In this document: positions 36,167-49,015 of the stretch, piece after piece
Layout of the letters: every line of letters starts with the position of its first letter
Numbering within the stretch: position 1 is the stretch's first letter
NCBI GenBank assembly: GCA_028534125.1
Contig: CM052832.1
Span: 17,982,001-18,046,000, forward strand
DNA length: 64,000 nt
From: Lama glama
Taxonomy: Eukaryota
Direction: 5' to 3'
Position numbers and translations under genes: made by a program
Notes under the pieces: generated by a model
What the model was told of the DNA's origin: nothing
The model's database searches: none
What the model saw: only the letters and a program-made list of their open reading frames with translations

Positions 36167-38124
36167 ACTGGGAGACAAGACCAGAAAATAGCGTATCAGT
36201 CCCAGAGCTGGATGTTTCTGAAGAAGAGCCATCTCCAGGGGCAAGAGTGGAGAAGCACAAAAGGGATATTCCTTGGAGTTGCAGCTTCTTAGAAACTTGG
36301 GAATCAGAGGGCGGTCCAGGGAGACAGGCAAACGAACAGACACTGCCAAGGGAGAGAAAAATAACTGAAAAGACAGTACCTACTTTGGAGAGAGACCATG
36401 TAAATAACGACTTTGAAAAAAGGATCAATCTAAGTTCAGACCTTCTAACCCAAAAAGAAATATCTCCAGAAGAGACCTCTACTAAAACAAGCGTCAAACG
36501 GAATTTAAACCCAGTTAAAAAAGAGAAATCTTGTAAGTGCAATGAATGTGGGAAAGCTTTTAGTTATTGCTCAGCTCTTATTCGTCATCAGAGAACACAT
36601 ACTGGAGAAAAACCCTATAAATGTAATGAATGTGAAAAAGCCTTCAGCCGGAGCGAAAACCTTATAAACCATCAAAGAATTCATACTGGAGATAAACCAT
36701 ATAAATGTGATCAGTGTGGCAAAGGCTTCATTGAGGGTCCATCTCTTACTCAACATCAAAGAATTCACACTGGAGAAAAGCCCTATAAGTGTGATGAATG
36801 TGGAAAAGCCTTTAGTCAGAGGACCCATCTTGTTCAGCATCAGAGAATTCATACCGGTGAGAAACCATACACTTGTAATGAGTGTGGAAAAGCCTTTAGC
36901 CAGAGAGGCCACTTTATGGAACATCAGAAAATTCATACAGGAGAAAAACCTTTTAAATGCGATGAATGTGATAAAACCTTTACCAGAAGCACACACCTTA
37001 CTCAACATCAAAAAATTCATACTGGAGAGAAAACCTATAAATGTAACGAATGTGGGAAGGCTTTCAACGGGCCCTCAACATTTATTCGGCATCATATGAT
37101 TCATACTGGTGAAAAACCGTATGAATGCAATGAATGTGGGAAGGCCTTCAGTCAGCACTCAAACCTCACTCAACATCAGAAAACACATACTGGGGAGAAG
37201 CCTTATGATTGTGCTGAATGTGGGAAATCCTTCAGTTACTGGTCATCCCTTGCTCAACATCTGAAAATTCATACTGGAGAAAAACCTTACAAATGCAATG
37301 AGTGTGGAAAGGCCTTCAGTTACTGCTCATCCCTTACTCAGCATCGGAGAATTCACACCAGAGAAAAGCCCTTTGAATGCAATGAATGCGGAAAGGCTTT
37401 CAGTTATCTCTCAAACCTTAATCAACATCAGAAGACCCACACCCAAGAGAAAGCTTATGAATGTAAGGAGTGTGGGAAAGCCTTTATTCGGAGCTCATCT
37501 CTCGCTAAACACGAAAGAATTCACACTGGTGAGAAACCCTATCAATGTCACGAATGTGGAAAAACCTTCAGTTACGGCTCGTCTCTTATTCAGCACAGGA
37601 AGATCCATACTGGAGAAAGACCTTACAAGTGTAATGAATGTGGGCGAGCCTTCAACCAGAACATTCACCTTACGCAACACAAGAGGATTCACACAGGCGC
37701 AAAGCCCTATGAGTGTGCTGAGTGTGGCAAAGCCTTTCGACATTGCTCATCTCTTGCTCAGCATCAAAAAACTCACACAGAAGAAAAACCCTACCAGTGT
37801 AATAAATGTGACAAGGCTTTTAGCCAGAGCTCCCACCTGGCTCAGCATCAACGAATTCACACCGGAGAGAAACCCTATAAGTGCAACGAATGTGACAAAG
37901 CCTTTAGCCGAAGCACCCATCTGACTGAACATCAGAATACTCATACCGGAGAGAAACCTTACAACTGTAACGAATGCAGGAAGACTTTCAGTCAGAGCAC
38001 TTACCTCATTCAGCATCAGAGAATCCATTCAGGAGAGAAGCCTTTTGGATGTAATGATTGTGGAAAAGCCTTCAGATACCGTTCGGCTCTCAACAAACAT
38101 CAGAGACTGCACCCTGGCATATGA
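36167..38124 (+). CDS. ZNF184: ZNF184 coding exon 5 (linker plus 19 C2H2 fingers)
   Basis: tctctttcag|ACTGGGAG; 19 CxxC..H...H fingers ending RLHPGI-TGA. Exons total 7+68+127+96+1958 = 2256 nt = 751 aa, and the sequence matches recalled human ZNF184. Confidence 0.97.
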
Positions 38125-38595
38125 CTATTCTAGGAACATCATAAATGTAGGGGATGCATTTACTCTAGTCTGTCCTTTTGTTAAAGTACAGAAGAATCGG
38201 GGTGGATCGAGAAACTGCCTAAAATATTTTTACTTTCCACTGTCATACTGTGGAGTGGAAGGTACATTGGGCTGAAGTAATCCAGTTAGGTTGTTAAGCA
38301 ACTTTGTAAACATTGGCAAATTCAACCATTTTAAGCTTCAGTTTGCTCTGCAAAATGAGAGATTTTGAGTAGATGATTTCAAAGATCGTTTGGCGTTTTG
38401 TATTCAGTTTTGTATACTCACAATATATTCTTGAGTAGGATTATTACACGTCAGCATTTTGCTACATTGCATCTAGAGTGTTTGTATTTATGCATGTTTT
38501 GTCAGTAGAGAAAGCATTTGTGTTTCAGTAACTAGACTGGAGATCTATTATGCTCCTGTTCTAACACATTTAAGTTGTTTAAGTAATTGGTTCCT

Positions 38596-38601
38596 AATAA
38601 A
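38596..38601 (+). terminator. ZNF184: Candidate ZNF184 polyadenylation signal AATAAA (alternatives at 39107 and 39115)
   Basis: AATAAA about 470 nt after the stop codon. Confidence 0.6.
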
Positions 38602-40039
38602 AAGAATTGTAAAATACCCTCAAATTAATAGTTCAGTAGCATAAAGCGGCTTAACTCAGTACAAGTATTAAACCTTCCTATTATTGTCTCTTGTAGTATG
38701 TTTTAACGTTTTGAAAGTTTATCACAACTACAGAGATCCTCAGCTACAGCTTAAACCCATGTGATTTAACCCAAGTTGCATAGTGGAATCACGTCAGGAA
38801 CTTTAAAAATTCTGTTGCCAAGACCCCACCCCCAGAGACTAATTTAATTGGTCTAGGGAGTGGGATCCAGGCTTCAGTATCTTTTTTGAACCCCTAATGT
38901 GTACCCTGGAAAAAACAACTGGATTATCTTTCAGGGTTCACTCCCTTAGTAGCTTCTTGTGGCTCCTCCTAGAAGCTCACAGATGAGCTACTCAGTACCC
39001 ATAATGTAATTTTGACTATCACCTTATTTTGTAAATTGGGTTCTTACAAGCTTTGGTAGGTAAGGTCCATTTGTTTCTCCACCAAAGTGCTGAAATTAAA
39101 TGGCTGAATAAAATAATAAACCTTTTTCTGGCTTTTCCTTGGCCACCTGATATCACAAGCAGATGACAGTATGAGTGACACCCCCGAAGATGGGCAGCCC
39201 ACAGCCTGCATGGCCAATTGTGGCAGCCCTGGTCAGGGTAACATGTGAGCTAGGAATAAATATGGATCTAGGCATAAAGAAATGGGCCTCTTACATTTTC
39301 TCCAAAAGCAGCGGACGGTTTCCTAGCCTGCCCTTGAGAATGGAGAGCTCTAAGAACGGGATAGCACAGAAATTGATCATTATTTATATAAAAGAAATTC
39401 TAGACTCTTCCCACAAGTGAGGTTTGGGAGAGTGGGTGCTGCAGCTTTTCACAAGTGAAAAAAAATCACTTGCTTATGTGAATGCCAGTAACTTTCATCA
39501 GAATTCTGTCACCTCCTTAAGTGAAGATGCTAGATAGACAGTAGAGAACAGATAGAATTCAGGAAATTAGCCATGTAAATCTCAGGGCTTTTTGCTGTTG
39601 TAGTTTGAAACATCTATAAAGAAGTGTCATCTTGATATTTCTTAAATTTCTCATGGTTTACACTATGTAGGAATAGCAGTTACCCCATTGCAGAAAGGTG
39701 GACACTGGCAGAGAGGAATGGATCTCAGATTATAGGATAAGCTTTGATGGGAATCTGAGCCCTTCTACAATGCAGGTAAATGTAAATTTCTACATCCAGG
39801 TGAAAGCTCCTCCTATTTCAAAGGAGATCCCCAAGTAGAAAACACTAGTCTGTCTGTAATGGACAGGAAGACTCTTGTCCTTTGCCACTCCAATTCCTAT
39901 GTGAAAGAACAGAATTTATTTGGAAATTTGTCATTAACCCTGAAAGGTCCTACTTTGTTCCATTAATTTGATCTCTTCATAGATATTATCAGATCAAACC
40001 TAGAGCACCAAGAATATATGATCACTGTCTAACTTAATT

Positions 40040-40530
40040 CAGTCAGAGAGACAGCTGGAATACACTTCATGCAGTACGTTTTGCCATGGTAAGAATTTGG
40101 CATTTTATTCAGAATAAGATGGTAAGTCATTGAAGGGTGTTGACATGGGAGTGACATGATTTTAATTATGTTTTAAAAGGGTCACTTACTGCAGTGTACA
40201 GAAGAGATTATAGGGGTCAAGAGTGCAAGCAGGACTCTGCTTGGAATGCTACTCCAGTCATTCAGGTAAGAGCTAATGGTGACTCAGAGGTATTAATGAT
40301 AAGCGGTAGGAAGTAGTTGGATTGAGGCTGTATTTTGAAAATACAGCAAGCAACATTTGCTGATGCTTTGGATATGAAAGTGTGAGAGAAAGGGAAACTA
40401 GAATGGCTCTAAGGGCTTAGGCCCTGAGCAACTTGAAGAGAAGAGCTGCCATGTACTGAGTAGAGGAATACCAAGGAAGGAGCAGGTTCACAGAGGGGCG
40501 GAGGAATCTGAATTCAGCTTTGGAACTTAT
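40040..40530 (-). mobile_element. L2 LINE fragment
   Basis: gccatggtaagaatttggcattttattc..gagtgacatgat..gttttaaaagggtcact..ctgagcaacttgaag..gagctgcca, typical L2. Confidence 0.7.
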
Positions 40531-41197
40531 TAAATGAAAAAACACAAAATATAAATGTGTAAAGTGGACACATCTATGTAACTATCATCAGGTCAAGACA
40601 GTAGAAGAAGGCACAAGCCCTTGGGCATATTGCCTCAAACGGTGGGCAGTCAATTAGTATTTATAATTGAGTAACTAGCTGAAGCTTAAGTAAGGCAAAT
40701 ACATTATAAGGGGGGAGAGAAGTCAATATTCATCATAATGATCCTATTCTTTGGAGGGAAAGTAATCCTGGCCCAAATCACTAGGTAAATTATAGCATCC
40801 AGGCAAGAGAGACTAGGAAGTGAAACTAGGAAGGGACTGAGAAAATAGAGGGACACAGGGTCCATGAATAAGTAGGGTGCAGGTGCTTTAAGGAGGCTTA
40901 AAGAGCTATTTTAGAAAGCAGGGATGCTGCTGCTCCCTTTGCCTTTTAGGGCTAATAGAGATTTTTTTTTAGAAAGAACTCCTTGAAAAATTTTACTTGA
41001 TCTCCTTTTCTCTACAATTCAAACAGCTGAGAGAAATGGTTTTATAAATACCAGACAGCATGTGGTACTCAAAATCATCCTTTACATCAGCTATTGGCAC
41101 TCTGCCCTTGACACCTGGAACATATCCACTGTCACTTCCCTTAGGATGAGTTATTTTCCAAAAGGTTCTTGACCCTTCATGCAAAAAAAACCCCACT

Positions 41198-41593
41198 TGT
41201 ATTTAAGAGTTTGTTTCTATTTTTAATGACTGGCTGCTGACAGCTTTCAAGCCAACCCTTCTCCCCTTCTACTTCCTCTCTGGGCAAGCTAATAAACAAG
41301 TTCTGGGTGGTGTTCTGGGTGAGGGTATTCAGGCTGCACAATCCCTGACTCACATGCAGGAACCTTCATCCCAGTCCACCATAAAACCCACTCTAGAACC
41401 CCTCTCTGCTCTTTCTCTCGGGCTATTTTCAGACCAGTTTGGGAGACTGCTGTGCTCTCCCCAGAAAGTCTTTATTTATGGATAATAAACGTTTTATGTC
41501 CTTCTGGTGCCTGTGTGGAGCCATTAGACTTGACATCTGAACCAAATTTTTCATGGGGGAGATCCATCCTGCTTTGGTGGGGGTGACCAAACC
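41198..41593 (+). mobile_element. MER74-type ERVL solo LTR
   Basis: tgctgacagctttcaagcc..ctgggcaagctaataa..aataaac..gacatctgaaccaaatttt..gggg..tccatcctgc, matching the MER74 3' end. Confidence 0.75.
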
Positions 41594-42598
41594 ATCACCC
41601 CAGTCTGAGTCTTTGCATGAACCAAGCTCAAATTTCAACTGCTACTCTTCACATATAGGTGTTAGGAATCAAATTGTTTCCCTGCAGAAATTCTGGCTTT
41701 ACTACAAAAACACACCATAAAATTAAAGTCATGTCTACTTGCTGGATTGGAACACGATCTACTGTTAAACCATATACAATTACTTTGCTCCCTGGTCTTT
41801 CATTTTGTGGTCTATCAGGGCAGGAGAGTGTGGGCAGTTGATAAAGGTTTTAGAAACATGGCCAGACAAGTTAATATTAAGAAAAAAAATCAATCCATTA
41901 ACTTTCCCTCCTTTAAACTGCAATTATTCAATTTTAGTGGTGGGCTATCTTTGTCTAGTTAATGGTAAAGAGTGGTTCCCAGGAAAAATAGTTTGATATG
42001 ACAAGAGAAAAGTCAGGGAAGTTTCTCTCTCTCTAGATTTGTCCCTGTGAAGATGGTGTAGAGAGGAGAGGGAAAGAGGGTCTGATATGAATGACCTCAC
42101 AATGGGATGGAACCTGTATTCTAGACCCTGTCTTGGACACACCCTCTACCTTGGATAGGCTCAGATGGGTCCCTGGGCCATGGATGACTCACCCTTGAAC
42201 AGGAGTGAGGGCATTCATCTCAATCTTAGACTAGTGAGAAAGTATAAAAGCTCAAGGTCCAGATCCAAGAGATTGTATCATTGCTGAAGCCTCTGAGAAA
42301 CGTCATCCTGGGGCCAAGAGAAATCTAGAACCACAGTTCTGGGAGGCTGGTGGCCCAGCATTGCCCATGAAGACAAGGAAACAAAGAGTGGGTCTATTGG
42401 GGACTTATTTGGTCTCTTTCTTCTTTACTCCACCTCTAGGTAGAGTCCCAGGAAGACACCAATGGTCATACTCAAGCAGTTTAATTGAAGAAAATTTAAC
42501 TAAGGAAAGGAACCAGCAAAAGACAGTGGAACACCAGCTTCTATCAGTCACAGGAAGACAGTACCACTTCTGAGCCTGAAAGAGTAAGGGCAAAAGAA

Positions 42599-43065
42599 TA
42601 TATTCATTTCCTATGGCCAATGTGCCATAGGAACATTGTAACAAATCAGCACAAATTTGGTGCCTTAAAACAACGGATTTATTTCACAGTTCTTGAGTCC
42701 AGAAGTCTGAAATCAGTTTTACTGGGTCACTCCTTCTGGAAGCTTTAGGGGAGAAGTCATTCTTTGTCTCTTTTAACTTGTGATGACTGCTGACATACTT
42801 TGGCTTGTGGCTGCATTTCTCCAATCTCTGCCTCCATTGCCTCCTCCTCTTCTGTGTCTGTCATCACATCTCCCTCTGCCTTTGTCTTATAAGGAAATAT
42901 GTCATTGCATTTAGGGTCCAACCTGATAATCAGGGTGATCTCCCCATTTCAAGATCCTTACTTTAATCACTTCCGCAAAGTCTTTTTTTGCCATAAAAAT
43001 AACATTCACACTTTCCAGGGATTAGGACCTAGATATTTTTTGACAGGCTATCATTCAGCTTACCA
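42599..43065 (-). mobile_element. MaLR MLT1C/D-type LTR
   Basis: gtaacaaat..cacaaatttggtg.cttaaaacaac..cacagttct..ccagaagtctgaaatca...aagtc..ttttgcca..aacattcac..tccagggattaggac. Confidence 0.8.
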
Positions 43066-44832
43066 AAAAGTGGAATACTGTAACCAGACCCAGTGGGGGA
43101 ATAATATAGTGACCTGTTTCTTCTTCCACTCTATGCAGTCCACAGAGATCAGCCTCTTAGTGGCATTCAAAGGACTTAATGGTTAAAAAAAAAAATGGCT
43201 GAGGATTAGATAAGACAAAATGAGTGAAGTGCTTAGCACAGTGCCTGGCTCACAGTAAGCACTGTCCATATAAGATAATTCAGGTAATACTACTCTTCCA
43301 GTGTCCAAGCCAGGCTTCCCCAGCAAGTTTTACCCAATGTGAGAAAAAAAAAACCCTAGAATCTGAGCAGAGACCCTCTGTGGCCACTATTGCAGTAGGA
43401 AAGAGCACATAGCCTACTTTTCTACCGACTCTCAGTCCAGAGGTTTATAATATTTTGGACTTCAGTCAAATCTGGGGGTGGATTTCCTTTTAGTTTATCA
43501 TAACTTTCATTTCTATTTTCTCATGTTATTCTCATAGGAGCTCTTTGAGGCATGTGGGCTAAGTAGTTATCTTCAATTTTGTTTAAGAATAACTGGCTGA
43601 GACCTTGTTGTGTAACATCACATGACTAATTAGTAGTACGACAGAAACTAGAATCTTGGGTTCCTTGTGCCTGTGCCTTTTCCCAGACCTTGCCACTTCG
43701 TGAAACTCACATCTTAGTTCTACAAAGCTGTCAAGCAAATTATTGTTTGGTTTCTTTAAATGCTTCTTGAGTCAGGTTTTAGGAAACTATCTTTCATTAA
43801 CTAGTGCAGTTTGGGTCAGATGCGAGCAGATGCAGAGATTCAGCACATGTGTCTTGTGTCCCAGACTTGACCTTTATCCACTGGGGCTTCATGCTGTGTC
43901 CCTGGTCCAACTCTAAGTCCTAGAAGGAGGTGGACCTTGATTTTCAGATGGAAGGAAGGGAGATTACAATAAACAGGCTGGTGATGATTTTTTTACATGG
44001 AAATACTAGGAGCTTCTGAGTAGGACAGTTATTTCGCAGGACTCTGTTCTTCCGTTCCCTTTTTCCTACTTTCCTACTTCCCACCCAACATGGTAGCCTG
44101 TATAAAAAGTTGGATTGAAGGTGATGAGTGAGTTTTTTTTTTGACATATTAGTTTGTAGTGCCAACAGAATATTGATACAGGTCTGGAGACATCTGGAAA
44201 GTAGTTGGAAATGAAAGTTTTGAGCTCATGAGGAAGGCTCTGTGTGGAGGTGCAGATCTGGTACACAGAAGTAATAGTTTAAGCTGCAGAGGAAAGATGC
44301 TAAATACAGAACTTAGGACAATGTCCTATTCAGGAATAAGAAGGGTTGAAGAGAGGTAAGGAAAATTAAAGAATTAGGATTAAAGCTCTGAGCAGCTAGA
44401 GGAGAAAATTGCAAGGAATGATTGGTGTGTAGTGTAGCATGCTACTGAGTTAGGATTTTTACCAGAAAGATTCATGAATTTACAATTAGGGGTTAGTTTA
44501 GTCCTCAGAAAATTTAAGTTTGAATAGGTTAAAAACAGTCACATGGTTCAAATATCAAAAAAGTATTTAAAAATAACCCCCAAAACTTGTCACTACTACT
44601 GCTGTCTTCCATCTGTCTAGAACCTCCTTCTCAAGTAACCACTTTAATTTGTGTACCCTTCAAGAGTTTTAGTGCAGATGTAAGTAAATATAAAAAAAAT
44701 ACACATTCTTGATTCAATTCCTTTTAAACACAAGATATAGAACATAGAATGTTATGAACCTTTTTTTCACCCAAAAATATATTCTGGAGATCTTTCCATA
44801 GAGAGTGTCTCCATCTTTTTTATAACTGAGTA

Positions 44833-45268
44833 TCATTAGTGTACTTCAGAGAAACAGAACATTTTGATAAAAAGAGAAATACAGAGAGATTTATTTTAAA
44901 GAATTGACTCACATAATTTTGGGGGTTGACAAGTCCAAAATCCATAGGGCAGGTCAGCAGTTTGGAAATTTGAATGAGTTGAAGTTGCAGTCTTGAGTCC
45001 AAAATCCCTAAAAGCAGACCAGCAGGCTGGAAACTCAGGATTTCTATGTTACCATCTTGAGGCAGAATTTCTGTCTGTTTTGGGAATCCCTGGGTTTTGC
45101 TCTTAAGGATTACAACTGATTGAATCAGGCCCACTCACATTATGAAGGGTAATAAACTTTACTAAATAATTTCATTACAAAATACCATCACAGAAACATC
45201 TAGTCTAGTGTTTGACCAAACAATTAGGCACCATAGCCTAGCCAAGTTGACACGTAATACTATCACAA
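44833..45268 (-). mobile_element. MLT2-type LTR
   Basis: cagagaaacagaac..agagatttattttaaagaattgactcac..caagtccaaaatc..ggcccactcacattatgaagggtaat..ctagccaagttgacac. Confidence 0.82.
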
Positions 45269-46865
45269 GCTACATAGTATTTCACTGTATGGATGGCTAT
45301 AATTTATTTAACCAATTCCATTATGGAGGACATTTAGGTTATTATCGATATTTTTGCTATTACAAGTTATTCAATGAATTACCTTATATACATACATATA
45401 TATATATATGTCATTTTAAATATGTGCATATATGCAATAGTCAGATATTACCAAATTCCCCTTCATGGGGTTGCTCTCTATTACCAGCAATATGTGAGGC
45501 TGACTCCTTATAGCCTCGGCAAAGAATGTTGTTAAACCTAAGAATTTTTGCCAGTCTGATTAGTGAAAATGATACCTTGGTGTACTTTTAATTTTCCTTA
45601 TCCTATGAGCAGATATAGTTGAGTTTCAAGGGAACAGGTCAAATTTAAAGGGCTATAGAATAAGTGGATGGTAAGGTGGAAAATGGAGGAAATATGTAGC
45701 AGTCTAAAGGGATGGAAATCTGGCCATATTAGGAGAGAATTAGCTTGGTGGCAAAAACAGCATATGAATTTAACGAGGATATTTTTAAATAGGAGGGACC
45801 TACTAGACTTGTTTAAAGTGATAATAAAATGAGTCACTAGAAAAGGAAAGATTGAAAAGTGAAAAGAGTGTGACAGGAAAGTCATAAAGAAGGCAGAAAG
45901 AAATAGTATCTCTGACAATGTTGGGATGGATAGAAGCTAAGCTGTGGGTGTGGAAAGTGTGAAGGACAGAAGGTTGTGGGTGGGGAGCAGATGGCAGGCA
46001 CCTTTTAAAGGCAGAGGAGGAGGAGGACTTTTGGAACAAGAATTAAAAAGGAAGGATTAGATTCACCGATGGGTGAGAAAAAGCACAGGTAGCAGATGCT
46101 GCATCACCCACAGGCATGGGGGATTCCTGCCTGCCAAGACCCCAGGGTTCCAGATAAAAGGCAGAATGTTGCTGGATGATTCATCCATGTGGACACTGAT
46201 TGAGTCAACAAATATTTACTAAGCAGTCACTCCATCAGGCATACTGATGTCACTAAGAATGAAATGAGACATGAAATAGAGCAGAAGGCTATAAGCCAGA
46301 TGCTAAAGTCATGTATGTAGGGAAGATTTGGAGGAGACTGAGATGTGGGAGATCATGAAGGTAAGAGGAGTGTTCTAGAAAGAGTTGAGATTTACCTTAG
46401 TTTCAGAGGTACTGTGAAAACAACTAGTAAGAAGGTGGGTCCCAGGAAAAGGAATCAGTGAGCAGTACAGAGACAACAGTGGAGGTGAAAATTCTTCATT
46501 TGGGCAGTGGTCAAAGGATGGCTTGAACATAAGGTTGGAAAGAATTAGCTAGCCACATTGTTCCAAAAGAAATGCTTGTATACATTTTTTTTAATTATAG
46601 AAAATTTCAAATGGACACAAATAAAAAAGTAAAATCAAGTGTATTCTTCACCCAGCTTAAACAATAATCAGTATTTGCCAACACTGTTTAGAAATCCCTC
46701 CCTCACTCCCCACTTTTATTTATTCCTGGAGTGTTTTTAAGTAAGACCTAGACATCTTATCATTTGTCTTGTCAGTAAGTATCTTTTAACCAATAAGGAC
46801 TTTTTCTTCCTTTTAAACATAACCATAGTGTCACTATCACAAGTAATAAAATTAAAAATAATTGT

Positions 46866-46939
46866 GGGGGAGGGTATAGCTCAAGTGCTAAGCATGCATG
46901 AGGTCCTGGGTTCAAGCCCCAGTACCCCATTAAAAAAAA
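46866..46939 (+). mobile_element. Vic-1-type SINE (short, internally deleted)
   Basis: ggggagggtatagctcaagtgctaagcatgcatgaggtcctgggttcaagccccagtaccccattaaaaaaaa. Confidence 0.85.
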
Positions 46940-47599
46940 GTTGGAAGCAATTTTACAGTATTGTTTTGACAATAGCAGACTGAAGCTTTTGCTAGGGGTT
47001 CTAATTAAAAACACTGTTTTTTTAGGAAACCTGAAGAATGCTGATACAGGGACAGGATTAGTTCTTTGATAGTACCATTAAAAATTATATTGGAAAATAG
47101 TAACTAATATGGGGAAAGTTCAAGATGAATGTGTAAACATTTGCTACATATAAACTATACAACTTTTTTGTTATGTATAAACGTACATATATATAGTCCA
47201 TCCCCATATCTAGCATTGGTAGATACAGAGATATCAGAACAACAACAAAAGGCTGAAAGAACATTTACTAGTATGTACAGGGATTATCTGAGTAATGGGA
47301 ACAAGCATTTATTTTTTGCTTTTCATCCCCTTATACTTTTCAGGGTGTATAGGTGTGTGTGTGTTAGAGCGGGGGGTAGGGTGGCCTCTTTAATGGAGCT
47401 GAATAAATTTTCAGTGAAGAGAATTCCTCATCTTCAATCTCACAGTCCACAAATCAAAGAATCAGATTAATACATAACAGGCAAGAAAAACGCATGTAAA
47501 ATAAATAAAACCTAACGGGTTTTCACCCTAAAGGGTGAAAGCTTCACTCTGATACATCAGTGCTTTAGAAAAAGAAGCCACAGAGCTTGTGACTAGGCC

Positions 47600-48060
47600 A
47601 CCAGCCCCAAACGAAGGCCACTGGTACCCCCATAGTACTTAGCGTGGCACCGCCCACCCGCACAGACTTTAGAATCTGCAGCAGGTCGTCGATGACGTCA
47701 CACAGGATTTTCCGTGCGGGTGGGACTTGGCCCTAAGAATTCTGGGAAATGGAGTCTGGGCGCTGTGACGATTGTGCCTCTCCGACGTTTCTGGGAATTG
47801 TAGTTCTCAGACATAGATTCGGGCCAGGCAAGGCGCGGTCTTAGTTTGGAGTTTGCTCCGCGGTGTCCTCCCAAGGCCACCCACCACTGCTTTGGGAGGA
47901 GGGACCCAAGGCTCCGCAGGCTCTCACCTGCTACTGAAGGGGGTGAGAGGTCCAGTCCTTGTGTCGATTATGAGCTCCATAATGGCAGCCACTGAATCTG
48001 GAGGGCGAGGGAGGAGGCTGTGCCCGCCGGGGTGCTGTATACGGAGTTAAGTCCCGGTAT
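47600..48060 (+). promoter_or_regulatory. Orphan CpG-rich promoter-like element (CRE plus tandem ZNF143 sites)
   Basis: TGACGTCA 47693-47700; attctgggaaatggagtc 47739-47756; ttctgggaattgtagttc 47789-47806 (reverse GAACTACAATTCCCAGAA); local CpG enrichment. Confidence 0.7.
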
Positions 48061-48789
48061 ACAAAAGTTTCTGTGAGATTGTGTCTAGTTTGACAACAGA
48101 AACAAGTAAATCCCAGTGCATAGGTCTGGGCAACACTGCAGGGAAGGGGTAGGACCGAGAAGTTGAGGAGACTGCGTGCCTGGTATTTGGGAAACAGGAA
48201 TATTCACCAGGAAAAACAAACCTAAGTTTTCAGCCTGACATTTTGGGGAAGAAGAAGGAAAGTCACATGAAGGAATATATCCTAAAGCTGCTGGAATTGA
48301 AGCTATTTCTGATTGCTTTACCAGGAAAATTTAGTATTAACGTAAAACCACAAAATTTTCTGTGACTATGAAAGAGGTGGGGAGTGGTGGGGTTTTTGGC
48401 TTATTTCAAAGTGTCAGAAGGATATGGATAGCAGAAGGAGTCAAGGGGGAAAGAAATCAACCTCTGAAGTGTGGAAAAGGGAAAACCAGACATCTCAATA
48501 GGAAACTCTTAAAAAAAAGGGCTAGGAAAAAAAAAATCTCTCTTGCTTCAGGGTGGAATGTCAGCGGAATTCGTGCGGCCTCTATAATGTCACCCTCACA
48601 TCAGGTCATCCAGACCACTTCTCTCCATTAGGTTCTGCTGTGTGTGCCAGTATGGTCTTTGGGATTCCTAACCAAATGGTTCAGGGGAGGGGACAATGCT
48701 ATTACCAAATCCCTTTAGAGAGCCCACTTTCTGAGGGTGTGTTCTCTTGCAGGGAGGGACATAAAATAGAAGAATGTGGTCCCCAACCT

Positions 48790-49015
48790 CAGAATGCTGA
48801 GGTTCAAGCCCCAGTTCTGTAATTTACTTGCTGTGTGACCTTGATTTACTTATCTCAGCCTCAGTTTCCTTGTGTTTGTAATATGGATAATATTATCTTG
48901 GGCTTCATTCCTAGGGTTTTGTAAAGATTCAATGAATTAATCCATGTAAAGCTTTAGAACACTGATTTATACATAAACACTCAATGTTATAGATAAGCAC
49001 TCAATGGTAGTCATC
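48790..49015 (+). mobile_element. MIR SINE
   Basis: ggttcaagccccagttctg..tttacttgctgtgtgaccttg..ctcagcctcagtttcct..taatccatgtaaagc..ataagcactcaat. Confidence 0.75.

Noticed and set aside
36247..36249. ORF-track start of the 625-aa protein
   Set aside because: It is a GTG inside exon 5; the real start is the spliced ATG at 22426.
36018..38028. Antisense and alternative-frame ORFs over the ZNF184 finger exon (similar ones over ZNF391)
   Set aside because: Expected by-products of zinc-finger codon periodicity; no independent support.
36530..38110. 84-bp periodic repeats as a CRISPR-like or novel array
   Set aside because: They are C2H2 finger units with TGEKPY linkers in an open reading frame.
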